Source: Tubiluchus corallicola (taxonomy: Eukaryota > Animalia > Priapulida). Taken from it: a stretch of DNA of 64,000 nucleotides. A program made the translations under genes and the position numbers. The first letter of the stretch is position 1. Every line of letters starts with the position of its first letter. The stretch covers positions 1 through 64,000 of the forward strand of contig JAQGDQ010000900.1 in NCBI GenBank assembly GCA_030141605.1, read 5' to 3'. A model generated the notes under the pieces. That model was not told the origin of the DNA. It was given only the letters and a program-made list of their open reading frames with translations, and made no database searches. Positions 42,991 to 55,473 of the stretch are shown here, piece after piece.

Positions 42991-44512
42991 TGCAAGTTCT
43001 AAAGATTCATCGAGACAGAATGGTGTCTGTCCAAATCTTTAAAGTACACACCTATTAATATTCTCTAATCCTCAAGGCTTTAACAAAAGGCCATTGACCA
43101 GCCATGTACAAGCCGAGAGATATTGCTACAAGCTATATAATTCTACAGCCTTTCCTCGCCTGTTCATTCATCTTATTAAACTGGATCGACTTTCTTTTGT
43201 TGGTAAATTTTAAGCTCTCGCAAGCACACATTACTGAATGCTCTCCATTCCACTGTCATTGCCCTCTGTACGGATTTGCTTGACGAATTCTGAAAGGACA
43301 GTTTTTTTTATCATAACCGGTTCAGCTATTCGTCCGGCATGCTGCCTGCTCGAGCAGACGACATGAGAACCGAGTGGGATTGTGGAGCTTAAACAAGCAT
43401 ATAACTAACGTCCAAAAATGAGAATATCAGCTGTCTAGACGTAACAATGTGCTTTGCAAAAAAAAAATCGATAAAATCTTACAATTGTCTTTAAATTGAT
43501 GTAGTTATTTACAAAAAATCTACGTTTCGTCCCGCCATCTTTATTTTTAAGGCGCAAAATGTCACTTTTACTAGCGATTATTTACCTCACGAAAGGACTA
43601 GGCAGACGTTTGAAATCCGCGATGTCGTCTTCTTCATCAGACAGAACGCACTTCAGTTTTGTAAAGTGAAAAGAACAGTGCTGCATAGGTTTAATAATGT
43701 CTGTTTACCAGTTATGGCTAGAAAAAGGATCATTGAAAACCAGTATTGTGCAAGAAGATTTCTGTTTATTTTCCGATAGGAAACAGACATTGTTAATGAG
43801 TACACTTAAGGTTCTCATCGTTTTCCTAAAAACATTCCCAATCTCGGCTTTAACTCGCTGATTATTGTAATTCCAGAGCCCGCAGGATGAGGAGATTATA
43901 ACAGGTGAGCTTTGCTCTGACAACCTTCCCATTTCAGCGAACAGTGAACACGCTGTAGCAAAGAATGTAGCCACCGCGGGGCAAATGAATGCCCAGTGGA
44001 CCATCCCGGCCGCATCGCCACGTTTGCGGCACAGAGGGTATCAGTTCAGTTCTGTCAGTTTACTAAGACGCGCGCATTTGTCTGTACTAGAAGTTAAAAA
44101 TCAATAATTACTTAGAGGAAACTTCATTTCAGCAGGTGTTGGTTCGATTGATATGATTTTATAGGAGTCAGCTTGGTTTGATTTTATAAGGAATAACCAG
44201 TTTGTGCCGGAAGATACTTTAGCAAATGGATGTGCAACGCTGATATACATTGGAATTGACTAACATGTGACATACCTCTGGAAACGGTGCTGATATTGTT
44301 ATTAGAGAAGAGCACTGCACGATTAAAATAGGAAAATTTCAACATTGTTAACCAAGATTGACGTAAATTGATGGTGTTCTGTGTTTAGTGAACGCTATAA
44401 AGGTTCTGATTCAACAGAAATAGGGAGGTTGGCATCTAATGACGTAGCAACAGAATGACTGCTCGAATATAACACGGATTGATCATAGAATTAATATTAT
44501 TTTAGTGCCAAC

Positions 44513-46789
44513 ATGCCAACGCCAACGTGTAAGTGTAGGGTGCGGTACATTGGCAGTTCTGTACCAACGCAGACCAAGGATGGTCTTCAGGCTTTGCAAC
44601 AGCCGCTTAGTGAAAGGTATCCTGAGCTGGGCGTTGCAGAAGCACGTGGAATAGACGCTTGGCTCAGCGTCTGGAGCAACGGATTGTTGCTGGAGTATGT
44701 GCAAGGCGAGCGAGAGAAAAAGAGCACCAGACAGTTCTTTCCCATCACCACGTTGCATTACTGTGCTGCCGTCAGATTCGTCATGATTTCCAATTACGAA
44801 GGAACGGGGGCGTCCGTTAAAAAATTCATGCCTCTCGATTCTCCTTTTGCTGACATTTCCAAAGACGAACATCCGCCTATATTTGCAGCAATAATGCGCC
44901 GTACGACTGGCGTCAAGGTCCTCGAGTGCCACGCTTTCATTTGCCGGCATACTACAGCAGCCAATGCATTAGTGAGATGCTGTTTCCATTCCTATGCTGG
45001 TAGTAAATTTATGGGAGGCACTGGAGATCCTATTGGCTATCCCAGCAACGTTGAACCGCCAATATACATTGAAAGAGGTGGCTCCATGTATAACTTTCCT
45101 GTCCATGACAACCAATCATTTGGTGGAAGGTTGTCATTACGCAGTCTACCGGTAAGCAACCGCCCTCACACAAGGCACATCTTCGGGGAGCCGTTGTACG
45201 CTACTCCAATGACACGATCCATGCATAACATTTCGGAAGATGGATTCGAATTTCAGAGGATGCCTCCACCTCAGTATCCACCACCTTTGCCACCTCCACC
45301 AGAGGGATACTTTATGCCTCCGCCTGAGATAATTCAAGAAAATCCATACCACCACATTGATTACATGAGGGATAGACAAATGCTGCATGCCAGTTCCGAA
45401 CGGCTAATTTGGCCACATGGCCCTATGCCTGTTGAGGGATACCTGGAGCGACCTCCACCCACTGACTCACTCTCGGCTCACAGTGATCCAGACAGTTCTC
45501 GTGCTGAGCGAATTGTTCACGGTGGAGACGATGTCCAGCATCCTAGACAACTAGATCCAAACAAGTCCTCGTCGGATGCATCTCCTCAACCAGAGCGAAA
45601 GTCTAAGAAACATAAGAAGAATAAGAAGCATAAGCATCATCGAAAAGAGAAAAGGTCCCACGAAGAACCCACATATCTGCCATCTGCCCGGCCGTACGGA
45701 CAATTGGCAACATTTGATCCGGAACATCCCGAGAGGTTTACTGGCTATTTTGAGCAGCAAGAAGCTCAAAGACATAAGCATCATAAACATAAGCACAAAA
45801 GCAAAGACAAGGAGAAAAAGCATAAGAAGGAGAAGAAGAAGAAACACAAGAAAAAAGACAAAATCGATGAAGATGTGGAAGGCGAAGAAGCAGCAGCACT
45901 CGAAGCTGCCAACAAAGGTATATACAAGAAAGAAAATTTGAACGAAAAGCTGTTTGCTGGGTCAATCCGTATGGAGAAACTGAGTCGAACAGAGAATCGT
46001 GACCTGCCACAGGTCAACAATCCTTACGTGGCAATGGAGGAAATGATTGAAAAAGACCGCCAGACTAAGCAACTGGCTAAATTGGTCAACGATCTGCAGA
46101 TTGGTGAAAACCAGCAAAATGGTCACACAATTCCTGAAGGTCAGCCTTCACCTCCAGAATCTCACTTTGCTCGACCTCAAAATCAAGAGCAAACGACAAA
46201 TCCCTCGCCACCAGGGGAAAAGCCGGTATTACCTGATGGACAGTATTTACCACCAGGCCCACCAAGAGGCCCACCTGCATGGCACACGTCCCAAACTGGA
46301 GGACCACCACCGAGCGGACCGGTGCCACTGCCAGACAGACAGACACAGGTGCAGCAATTGCCTCCTAGTGATTATTACCACAATCGTGATTTGCCACCTA
46401 CTGGTCATCCTCATAATCAACATTTACCGACTAGTGGCTATCCTCCATACCGGCCGCCGGCTCCTGGAGGCCATTCAAGCATTTTGCCTTCACCTCAAGG
46501 AAACGGTTACGGTCCCCCACCTCCTCCGATGAAACCAGTGCAGCCAGAGCCACCTAGAGACAGGTACAATTCACCACCTGTTATATTCACCCATGATCCA
46601 CATCCTTATGCAGACTACCAGATGGATGGCCCTTCTCGGTATCAAGATGGACTCGTTCACGACCATCAACCACCAAACGGATATTTGCAATCACAGCCAC
46701 CATATCATCGAGGAGGACCAATGCCGCCACCAGGACCACCCCAATTTGGACTTCCTGGACCAAGGAACTACAATGCGCAATACTACTGA
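44513..46789 (+). CDS. PTB/PID-domain adaptor protein with long Pro-rich and His/Lys-rich disordered tail (758 aa, uninterrupted ORF)
   Basis: The N-terminal ~165 aa reads CKCRVRYIGS...GLQALQQPL...GIDAWLSVWSNGLLLE...FFPITTLHYCAAVRF...HPPIFAAIMRRTTGVKVLECHAFIC...ANALVRCCFHSY, the pattern of invertebrate PID-type PTB proteins. The ATG is in a good context (caacATG) and the ORF is GC-richer than its flanks. Confidence 0.9.
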   Translation: MPTPTCKCRVRYIGSSVPTQTKDGLQALQQPLSERYPELGVAEARGIDAWLSVWSNGLLLEYVQGEREKKSTRQFFPITTLHYCAAVRFVMISNYEGTGASVKKFMPLDSPFADISKDEHPPIFAAIMRRTTGVKVLECHAFICRHTTAANALVRCCFHSYAGSKFMGGTGDPIGYPSNVEPPIYIERGGSMYNFPVHDNQSFGGRLSLRSLPVSNRPHTRHIFGEPLYATPMTRSMHNISEDGFEFQRMPPPQYPPPLPPPPEGYFMPPPEIIQENPYHHIDYMRDRQMLHASSERLIWPHGPMPVEGYLERPPPTDSLSAHSDPDSSRAERIVHGGDDVQHPRQLDPNKSSSDASPQPERKSKKHKKNKKHKHHRKEKRSHEEPTYLPSARPYGQLATFDPEHPERFTGYFEQQEAQRHKHHKHKHKSKDKEKKHKKEKKKKHKKKDKIDEDVEGEEAAALEAANKGIYKKENLNEKLFAGSIRMEKLSRTENRDLPQVNNPYVAMEEMIEKDRQTKQLAKLVNDLQIGENQQNGHTIPEGQPSPPESHFARPQNQEQTTNPSPPGEKPVLPDGQYLPPGPPRGPPAWHTSQTGGPPPSGPVPLPDRQTQVQQLPPSDYYHNRDLPPTGHPHNQHLPTSGYPPYRPPAPGGHSSILPSPQGNGYGPPPPPMKPVQPEPPRDRYNSPPVIFTHDPHPYADYQMDGPSRYQDGLVHDHQPPNGYLQSQPPYHRGGPMPPPGPPQFGLPGPRNYNAQYY

Positions 46790-49186
46790 CGAGGCGACAG
46801 TCTTCGGACGACGCAACTGTTTACCTTGGAGAAGGTAACTCTTTCTAATCAGGCACTGCTATGTCAAAAACTGGGTAGTATCAGTCACTACTTAAGATAA
46901 ACATGTGATAATTAAAACAAAGAGCATTCCCAACAAAAATTTGAGGGAAAATTAGGTTCTTAACTCTCTGATGTTAATTTTACTATAAAAATCAATTTTC
47001 TTTCCAAATTTAACAGATCGGTTAACAGATCAGTATTGTTTTAGAATCACTGTTGCGTGGAACAGAATGTTCTAATGAACAAAATTTAGGACAGAATTTT
47101 ATGCCTAGTACACCAACAGTTTATGATAATAGCTAAGCATTTACCCTTCACTTCACGGACACATGAACATATGTTAATTTCATTTACAACTGAAGTTATC
47201 TAGGTCCTGAATCCTAATAAGTTACTCTCTGCTCTGTCTGTAAGCATCAGATTTAAAAACCTCCAACATTTAAACGCGTTGTACGTGCAATAATCTTGAA
47301 AGTTTGTTATCGAAACGTTTCTGTGCTAATTGAGAACTTGAGCACGCTCTGCCATGCTTTCATCAGCACACTTGGCCTATCAATTTCTAGGCCAGAAGGG
47401 CAAATCCTTCAGTCGTGCTTTGTTTCATCACTGTTTCATCACTGTTAACACCGAGAACTAGAGATCATTAAGTTACCTTTTTACTTGCTCATCACGTTCA
47501 TCCATTATCAAAACATTTTAAAACAGCAAAGTCTCACAAGCTTGGACTGTTATGACAAATCGCTTTATTATACCATAAATATATACAAAGCGAAGGTGAA
47601 CAGCTTCGTGTAATTTGTTCTGCAGATATTTTATATTTCTGATATAACTAGAATAAGCCTTTTCACAGTTCCAGCGATTGATGATGATCGTGAAAAGGTC
47701 AAAGATTAAATGTACCAGACAATGCATTTTGTGTACACTTGACAATGCCTCGCAGCCCATGCTATTGTAATAGTAACAGTTTTTACAGCTAGCTAGAACC
47801 TTGCCTAGTTCATTTTTCTTGTTCCCAAGCAAGATTCTGCTAGTAAATCATTCAACGCATTGTCTAATGCATACCTGAGTAAAGTCCAGGTAAAACAACT
47901 GAAGTTACTAAACTGATGCGACAGACGGCTTTGCTTTCCCACACGTCACGTGACTGTTGTAGCTAAGACACCTTACTGTGGTACACATAACCTTTGACCT
48001 ACAGCAACTGCGCTCGTTTATCATTTAGGTCAAACTTTTAATGTTGACATGCTGATGATGATTAATAAATAAAATGTTTTTTTTTCTAAAACAAACAAAC
48101 TTTTTCCTTGAAGCTTTTGCAAACAGCATCCCATCGTCGTAAACTAGTCATCATTATCAAGCTGTCTAACTTTTATCATGTTTGGAATAATGGGTGTGGT
48201 CTGAGTCATTGCATTCCAAGTCACAAATTCTTTGCTCAAGTTATTAGAAAAATCTATTAAATAACTGCAGTAAGACTTGCTACGTACACTTGTTTTGTAA
48301 ACGTTGAAATAACGTTGTAGTAGTAACCCTTTGTTACTATAGCAACCACTGGGATGATTTGTTTGCTTTCGTTTTCTGTCAATTGTAACTGAGGTTTGGA
48401 AGAAGAATCATCATAATCACGTTAATAGGGCCTGTTCCATGACCCCACTGTTGATGCGTGCAAACAAATGGTACACTGATTACTGAAGATTAGACCCTAT
48501 AGAGAAGATTTTCTCGAGTATGCTTCAAATCGCACGCTTCGTGGCGCTCCGTGCACTTAAAATGCAAAAACTTGGGGCAAACCTTTTTTTAATCAAACAC
48601 TTTCGTGCAAAATTTCCGTTCCGTTTTTGTTTAAGCAGGTTTCGTTACATTGTGTATTTTTGCGCACTATGGCTAGAAATACTGTCCAAATTTCATTCCA
48701 GAATAGAATGGAATAGTACAGAATTTTTTCGTACTGAAAATCAGAATTGAGTAAAGTTACATGTACTGTAATGTTACGTTACACGACGTGTGTTTTTAAG
48801 ACTGTGAGACTATTCTCTTATCAGAAGTCTTATGATTTTCTAACTTTCTTAGATGGCTAAACAGTTTCTGCACAGAAGGCACAGTTCGTTTCTCTACTCC
48901 CTCCAGCTAAATCAGTCATTACTCCTCAGTGCAAACCTGTTTTCTGTCTCTACCTGTCAAATTCCTCATCAACGCCGTGGCAGTTCTAGTTTTGGTAGGC
49001 GTTTGCAGTTGTAGATGTACCAAAAGTTATGAAGCCAGAATGATTGCAATAATTACGTTTTACGAAAAGTGGTTATAATGGTCTTTGGCCTCTCGTGTTT
49101 GAGTTTTTTGAGCTACATTTTCTTTAAAGATTTCACATTACTTTAGTAAAGCTGTGAGTCTTTTTCAAATCAACATTGTCAACGTA

Positions 49187-50128
49187 GGAATGTTCGCCAT
49201 GTTTTTTGTAGAGACTGTACCACCTTGTCTATACTCACTCTGCTTACAACATTGTCGCAGGTGCTGGAATGTTCGCCATGTTTTTTGTAGAGACTGTACC
49301 ACCTTGTCTATACTCACTCTGCTTACAACATTGTCGCAGGTGCTGGAATGTTCGCCATGTTTTTTGTAGAGACTGTACCACCTTGTCTATGCTCACTCTC
49401 CTTACGACATTGTCGCATTTGCTGGTATGTTCGCCATGTTTTTTGTAGAGACTGTACCACCTTGTCTATGTTTTTTGTAGAGACTGTACCACCTTGTCTA
49501 TGCTCACTCTCCTTACGACATTGTCGCATTTGCTGGTATGTTCGCCATGTTTTTTGTAGAGACTGTACCACCTTGTCTATGTTTTTTGTAGAGACTGTAC
49601 CACCTTGTCTATACTCACTCTGTTTACAACATTGTCGCAGGTGCTGGAATGTTCGCCATGTTTTTTGTAGAGACTGTACCACCTTGTCTATGCTCACTCT
49701 CCTTACAACATTGTCGCATTTGCTGGTATGTTCGCCATGTTTTTTGTAGAGACTGTACCACCTTGTCTATGTTTTTTGTAGAGACTGTACCACCTTGTCT
49801 ATGCTCACTCTCCTTATAACATTGTCGCATTTGCTGGTATGTTCGCCATGTTTTTTGTAGAGACTGTACCACCTTGTCTATGCTCACTCTCCTTATAACA
49901 TTGTCGCATTTGCTGGTATGTTCGCCATGTTTTTTGTAGAGACTGTACCACCTTGTCTATGCTCACTCTCCTTATAACATTGTCGCATTTGCTGGTATGT
50001 TCGCCATGTTTTTTGTAGAGACTGTACCACCTTGTCTATGCTCACTCTCCTTATAACATTGTCGCATTTGCTGGTATGTTCGCCATGTTTTTGTAGAGAC
50101 TGTAGCACCTTGTCTAAGCTCACTCTGC
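49187..50128. repeat. 79-bp minisatellite with recurrent 32-bp internal duplication
   Basis: Unit ggaatgttcgccatgttttttgtagagactgtaccaccttgtctatactcactctgcttacaacattgtcgcaggtgct. Three units carry a doubled atgttttttgtagagactgtaccaccttgtct. Confidence 0.95.
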
Positions 50129-51965
50129 TTACGTTAACGGAAAACCGACCAAGTCTTAAACTGTAACTGTAACGTTGCACAAAAAAAGGTGTTGTACCTC
50201 TTAGTTCAAAGGTGTTTGGTTGTGACATAGTGCACACGTCTGAGAGCTCATACATGAACACAGCAGTAAAGTTGAAACATAAATTTTAAACTTATAATTT
50301 GCCATGTTTTTATATATGAATGTTGTACGGTAATACTGTACTTCAATTTTCGCTTTTGTAAATATGTGCAACACGCTCGTGAAATGTTTGCCTTGAAAAT
50401 GAGGTTCATTTACGATGTCATCACTAGCTGGGCTCGATTATTTAACTTATTATTTAATTACCAGAAACACCTCGGCATTATTATAGTTGTTAAAAAGTAT
50501 GCTTTTAACATGCTTTAAAGTGAGGTATGATATGAAAAATCGTCCTGTTTTCCTTTATTTATAACAATTAGGCTTTCAAAATTCCTAAACAATCTTCAGG
50601 GTCCCGTTAGAACAGAAATTTGGTATGATAATAGGGTCAAAATTAGAGAGAGTATATAATTGCGCATAAATAAAGTCCTGTACCCGTAATTTGTATCTGT
50701 ACCCGTTGTATATTATTAGCAGCAATTATAATTCATTGATACAATGAACTTTTTTCCAGCTGATAGGCTAAACATTATTTACACAAATCTGCTGTTTCGT
50801 GAAGGAAAATATTAATTTTTATTTTTATTTCACACATTAATAGGCGGATTTCCAATTTCAGAGTTTGTAGTTTTCAATATTTTAGAGCATTCTTTATTCG
50901 GAATTAATGTTTACACAATCATCCGGTTTTCCTTTAAGAGTTGTGTTCTAATATTTTCTTACTGTTAGCCTTAAGGAAAAGCTAACGTGTTGTACTTGCT
51001 CAATAAGTCAAAAAAAATCGTCTGTTAACACAAGCGTATAGTTACTATATATCACACAATCGCGTGACAATTGTGTAAGCGTGTAGTAACTTCATGTAAC
51101 ACGAAGTTACAAAAGTTTGTCTATATCTCAGAGTTGTACTTATCATGTTCAATGAATGCAATGCAAATTAAAACTAATGTTAATAATTATGCATAAGTCT
51201 GTTTGTATTCTGTACATCCATGTATTACTGTAATTATAGCTGTTTGTATTTTGAAATCATGAACACCAGGCGGCGCAATGATTCTTTTATAGTAGTTTAC
51301 CCCTTCTCTATAGATAAGCCTGTTTTTTATTTATTTATAACCGTCTGTATTGTCTGTATGAAACTAACAATTAAGAAATAGAGTAAGCTGATATATAAGT
51401 TTACAAAAATTTATATTTAGATCATAACAGACGCTTTTTTGTGTGATTTGTAATAATTGTGTAACGCTGTAAATGATGGTAGCCGCCTTACGATTTGATA
51501 AAATTTTGAAATAATTCATTCACTGTTTGTAATTTGTAATAACTAAATGGTGCAATTTGATGAGCGAGTTGTAAAGGGTTAGTGAATTAACATGTCTACC
51601 TTATTACGTTACATACAGATATAAAATGCTTCATTTTTGTACTTTGCTGTGGTGGTATTTAATGTGCAATATACAGCAAGTTCAATAACAAACTTGTGTA
51701 AAGTTACAATGTCTGCTTAATGACGAAATTTTTCGTAGTTAAACATGGCGTATTGCCACAAGATCAAAATTTACGAAAGTAAACACTTCTCTATTTATAG
51801 TTAAAAACAACACAATTATGTTAAAAACTTTTACATTAAAAAGTTAAAAGTTAAAATCATGTCAAACGCTTCGACTAGCTGCTGCTGTCATCATCGGTGC
51901 TAAATTTACAAACATACAACCAGTTTATATAGGCAGAGCCTATTATGCACTAATTAAGTAGTTAA

Positions 51966-52373
51966 CCCTTTCATACCCGTTAAAACTGACAGTTATTTGA
52001 TCTATTAATAGTTATTTTGAGTTTAAGCCAATAACAAAAGACTAAAAATGGTGATAAAATGGCAAGCTAGAAAATCTACATAGCATAAAAAAACTGCGCA
52101 AGGTACAATACTTTAGAGACGACTTTGTACAGATCAGCATAGCGTGCATACTAAATGTCTTAAATACTTTAAAAAATTATCAGCAGTTGCAAAATGAAGC
52201 ACATTTTATGCTTCCGTTGAATCCCAATGTATCCCGTGGGATACAGGCTATATTTAGCACACGGGCACAGGTAGAAAAAAATAATTATTACGTGTAAACA
52301 AGATGGACATACTGAGCAAAAGTACCAAGCCAAAAATTTTTTTCTTATTAAAAATAATTTGGAACTGAAAGGG
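51966..52373. mobile_element. piggyBac-like MITE, copy 2
   Basis: TTAA|CCCTTTCA ... TGAAAGGG|TTAA. It is the reverse complement of 37933-38388 with an internal deletion. Confidence 0.85.
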
Positions 52374-52625
52374 TTAAGAGAAGCCAAATAGGTAATGAAT
52401 AATCAAACCTGTAAAGAAATCGATGCAGTAACTTAGGCACTAATTATGTATTTACAAAAACCAAATAGGTAATGATTAAACAGACCTGAATAAACGAAAT
52501 TGATACAGTAAACAATAGCTAAGTGTTTGAAAATAGATTTAGCTTCGATAGACTCAAATAGACCCAATAGATAATATTTATAATGGGCTCTGCCTGTATA
52601 AACTGGTCGTATGTTTGTAAATTTA

Positions 52626-52664
52626 CCACTGATGATGACAGCAGCAGCTAATCGAAACGTTTGG
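52626..52664 (+). ncRNA. Minimal type I hammerhead ribozyme-like motif
   Basis: CCA-CTGATGA-T-stem II-GAAAC-GTT-TGG: conserved core boxes, short CCA/TGG stem I and palindromic AACGTT stem III. The mirrored copy at 51861-51900 (minus) has core mutations. Confidence 0.55.
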
Positions 52665-53106
52665 CATGATTTTAAATTTTAACTTTCTAATGTAAAGTTC
52701 TTAACAATGTTGTTTTTAGCTATAAATGTTTTTACGTACCTGCAATAAAAATGACTTCTCTATTTCGATGCAAGGAGGCGATTCTACAACTTGCAATATC
52801 TATTAGCTGTTGTAATAAAATAACCCTTTCCCTTCGATTCACATTTTCTATGTGATAAGTTCGATTCTAATTGTAGTGTTACTGTTTTTTTTTCTACGTA
52901 TATTCATCACAAACGAAACTATGTGTATTTTATAAACGGTGTAATGATTATGATAATAATAATTTTGTTACGTTATTTAATGTTTTTGATATCAGAAAGG
53001 AGCCTTGCGTTGTTTTGTACGTATCTAAGATTAACACTTTTTCTCCTTCATGAAAAAATGTTTTATAAATAAAGATGTTCTTTAACTGTAATGAGTTTCT
53101 AATCGT

Positions 53107-53937
53107 TTTGGTGTTTCACTTCTGGGCTTCCATATCATCACAGGGCTAGAGGAGGTTTAACAATTGGGCAAATAAGGCTATAGCCTTGGGCCCTAAATTT
53201 TTGATAGGCTCTTGGTGTTTCACTACTGAGCCTCCATATCATCACAGAGCTAGAGGAGGTTTAACAATTGGGTAAATAAGGCTATAGCCTTGGGCCCTAA
53301 ATTTTTGATAGACTCTTGGTGTTTCACTACTGAGCCTCCATATCATCACAGAGCTAGAGGAGGTTTAACAATTGGGCAAATAAGGCTATAGCCCTGGGCC
53401 CTAAATTTTTGATAGGCCCTCGGTATTTCACTACTGAGCCTCCATATCATCACAGGGCTAGAGGTGTTTTAACAATTGGGCAAATAAGGCTATAGCCCTG
53501 GGCCCTAAATTTTTGATAGGCCCTTGGTGTTTCACTACTGGGCCTCCATATCATCACAGAGCTAGAGGAGGTTTAACAATTGGGCAAATAAGGCTATAAC
53601 CCTAGGCCCTAAATTTTTGATAGGCCCTTGGTGTTTCACTACTGAGCCTCCATATCATCACAGAGCTAGAGGAGGTTTAACAATTGGGCAAATAAGGCTA
53701 TAACCCTAGGCCCTAAATTTTTGATAGGCCCTTGGTGTTTCACTACTGAGCCTCCATATCATCACAGAGCTAGAGGAGGTTTAACAATTGGGCAAATAAG
53801 GCTATAACCCTGGGCCCTAAATTTTTGATAGGCCCTTGGTGTTTCACTACAGAGCCTCCATATCATCACAGAGCTAGAGGAGGTTTAACAATTGGGCAAA
53901 TAAGGCTGTAGCCTTGGACCCGAAATTTTTGATAGAC
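53107..53937. repeat. 104-bp tandem array (8 copies)
   Basis: ggtgtttcact recurs at 53110, 53214, 53318 and onward. The unit includes cagggctagaggagg...ggctatagccctgggccc. Confidence 0.95.
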
Positions 53938-53942
53938 TTGAA

Positions 53943-54330
53943 TAACTAGAAATAATAATTTAAAATGTTTTCAGCAATTGGTAAAATGTCGTTGACTCAC
54001 CCTCCAGGGTGCACCACTCGCTAACCAAAAAAAAACATTTTTAATCTTATTGAGAAGGTACTATAATTTAGAATTCTGTTTAGTGAGTAACATGTATGCT
54101 ACAAATGCTCTGATTATTTATTCAAAATTCACTCAATGTTATCTAAACTTGTTTCAAACGACCTTCCATCAAATTGGCTGCGCCTTACGGTAATCGCGGG
54201 AGTTTAAATTTACACGTTTTATACAGCGTTACAGCCGACGCAAACCCTGCATGCAAAAAGGGGAAATGTAAGTGGTACAAAATTTCAAGACGAATTTTCT
54301 TAAGCTTTAAGTGGAGGATTTTCTTGTGCT
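53943..54330. mobile_element. Kolobok-like family K3 right-half copy
   Basis: Matches K3 from taactagaaa onward and ends TTTTCTTGTGCT|TTAA. It abuts the 104-bp array. Confidence 0.75.
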
Positions 54331-55209
54331 TTAATCCATCCCTGCGCACAACTCTTTCGAACTCTCCCTACTTCGAACTCTTTCTTACGTTTCGAACACA
54401 TTACTAATACATTATTTAGGTTAAGGTCTGACTTAAATAACGTAATTGCTGATGTTACTGGTAACAATCACTTCCTCCGGAACCAGTTTAATGTGAAGTA
54501 GAACTGTAATTTTTGCGTAATTGTACATCACGCCCCAGCTACTACAATTATAGATTGCTCCGTTTACAACATCACAATGCCACACGCTAGTCTAGTGCTT
54601 GTATATTTATTATCTATTTATTATAGTGTTATAAAAAATGAAAAACACTCAGCTATACTATAAATTGCGATAAAAATACTGAAATATTTACATATATATA
54701 TGTAATATACACACACACATATATATATAATGAATATAAAATATATAATATAATATAATGTTATTATAAAGTTGAATTTCTGTAGATACTTTATTAACAT
54801 CTTCATCTTTGTAAGCTGCATATTTTTGAAGACACCGTGACATCTCAGCTATATAACTCGCTCAGCAAGCTCTGATATAGCTCTCTTCAATTTTGTTATG
54901 TTGATAAGATAAACAGTTGAGCATGCGCAATAATGCAATGGTAATAAATTAAGTCGATTCAACAATGCTATACTATGAGTGTTTTACTACGTGCTTTTGG
55001 ATAATTGTTGCTTGTACAAACAACATAACCAGAGCCATAAATTACCTGTGCAACTTTGCCTAATCTGCTAGACCAGCTTTGATCCTCTTAAGTCAATAAA
55101 TGAAATGAAGTTTTACGTTCTAATTATTACGGAATTTGTATTAATGTGAGTAAGTACACAAACTTTAATTCAGTTGATCTTCACATTACACAATATAGCC
55201 CATAGCCTG

Positions 55210-55258
55210 CTCTATCTCTCTCTTTCTCTCTCCTCTCTCCCCCCTCTCTCTCTCTCTC

Positions 55259-55291
<33 letters not shown>

Positions 55292-55306
55292 TTTTCTCTC
55301 TCTACC

Positions 55307-55359
<53 letters not shown>

Positions 55360-55381
55360 CCCTCTGTCTCTCTCTTTCTCC

Positions 55382-55428
<47 letters not shown>

Positions 55429-55473
55429 TCTCTCTCTCCCTCTCTCTGTCTCTCTGTGTCTCTCTCTCTCTCT
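55210..55473. repeat. (TC)n tract left of the LINE; continues at 57718-57810
   Basis: Direct reading. Confidence 0.95.

Larger units (their letters stand above)
51795..52727. mobile_element. Inverted pair of ~150-bp Penelope-like terminal repeats, each with a minimal hammerhead motif
   Basis: Arms 51795-51947 and 52579-52727 are imperfect reverse complements. The core is CTGATGA-T-GACAGC-AGCA-GCTA(G/A)TC-GAAAC-GTT. Confidence 0.62.

Noticed and set aside
44483-46838. Overlapping and antisense ORFs within the PTB gene, RASL10, the LINE and gene A/B exons
   Set aside because: They are shadow frames of real coding sequence with no independent motifs.
49154-50261. Cys-rich repeated ORFs resembling zinc fingers (CRICWYVRHVFCRDC)
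   Set aside because: They derive from a 79-bp unit that is not a multiple of 3, so frames shift and stop between units.
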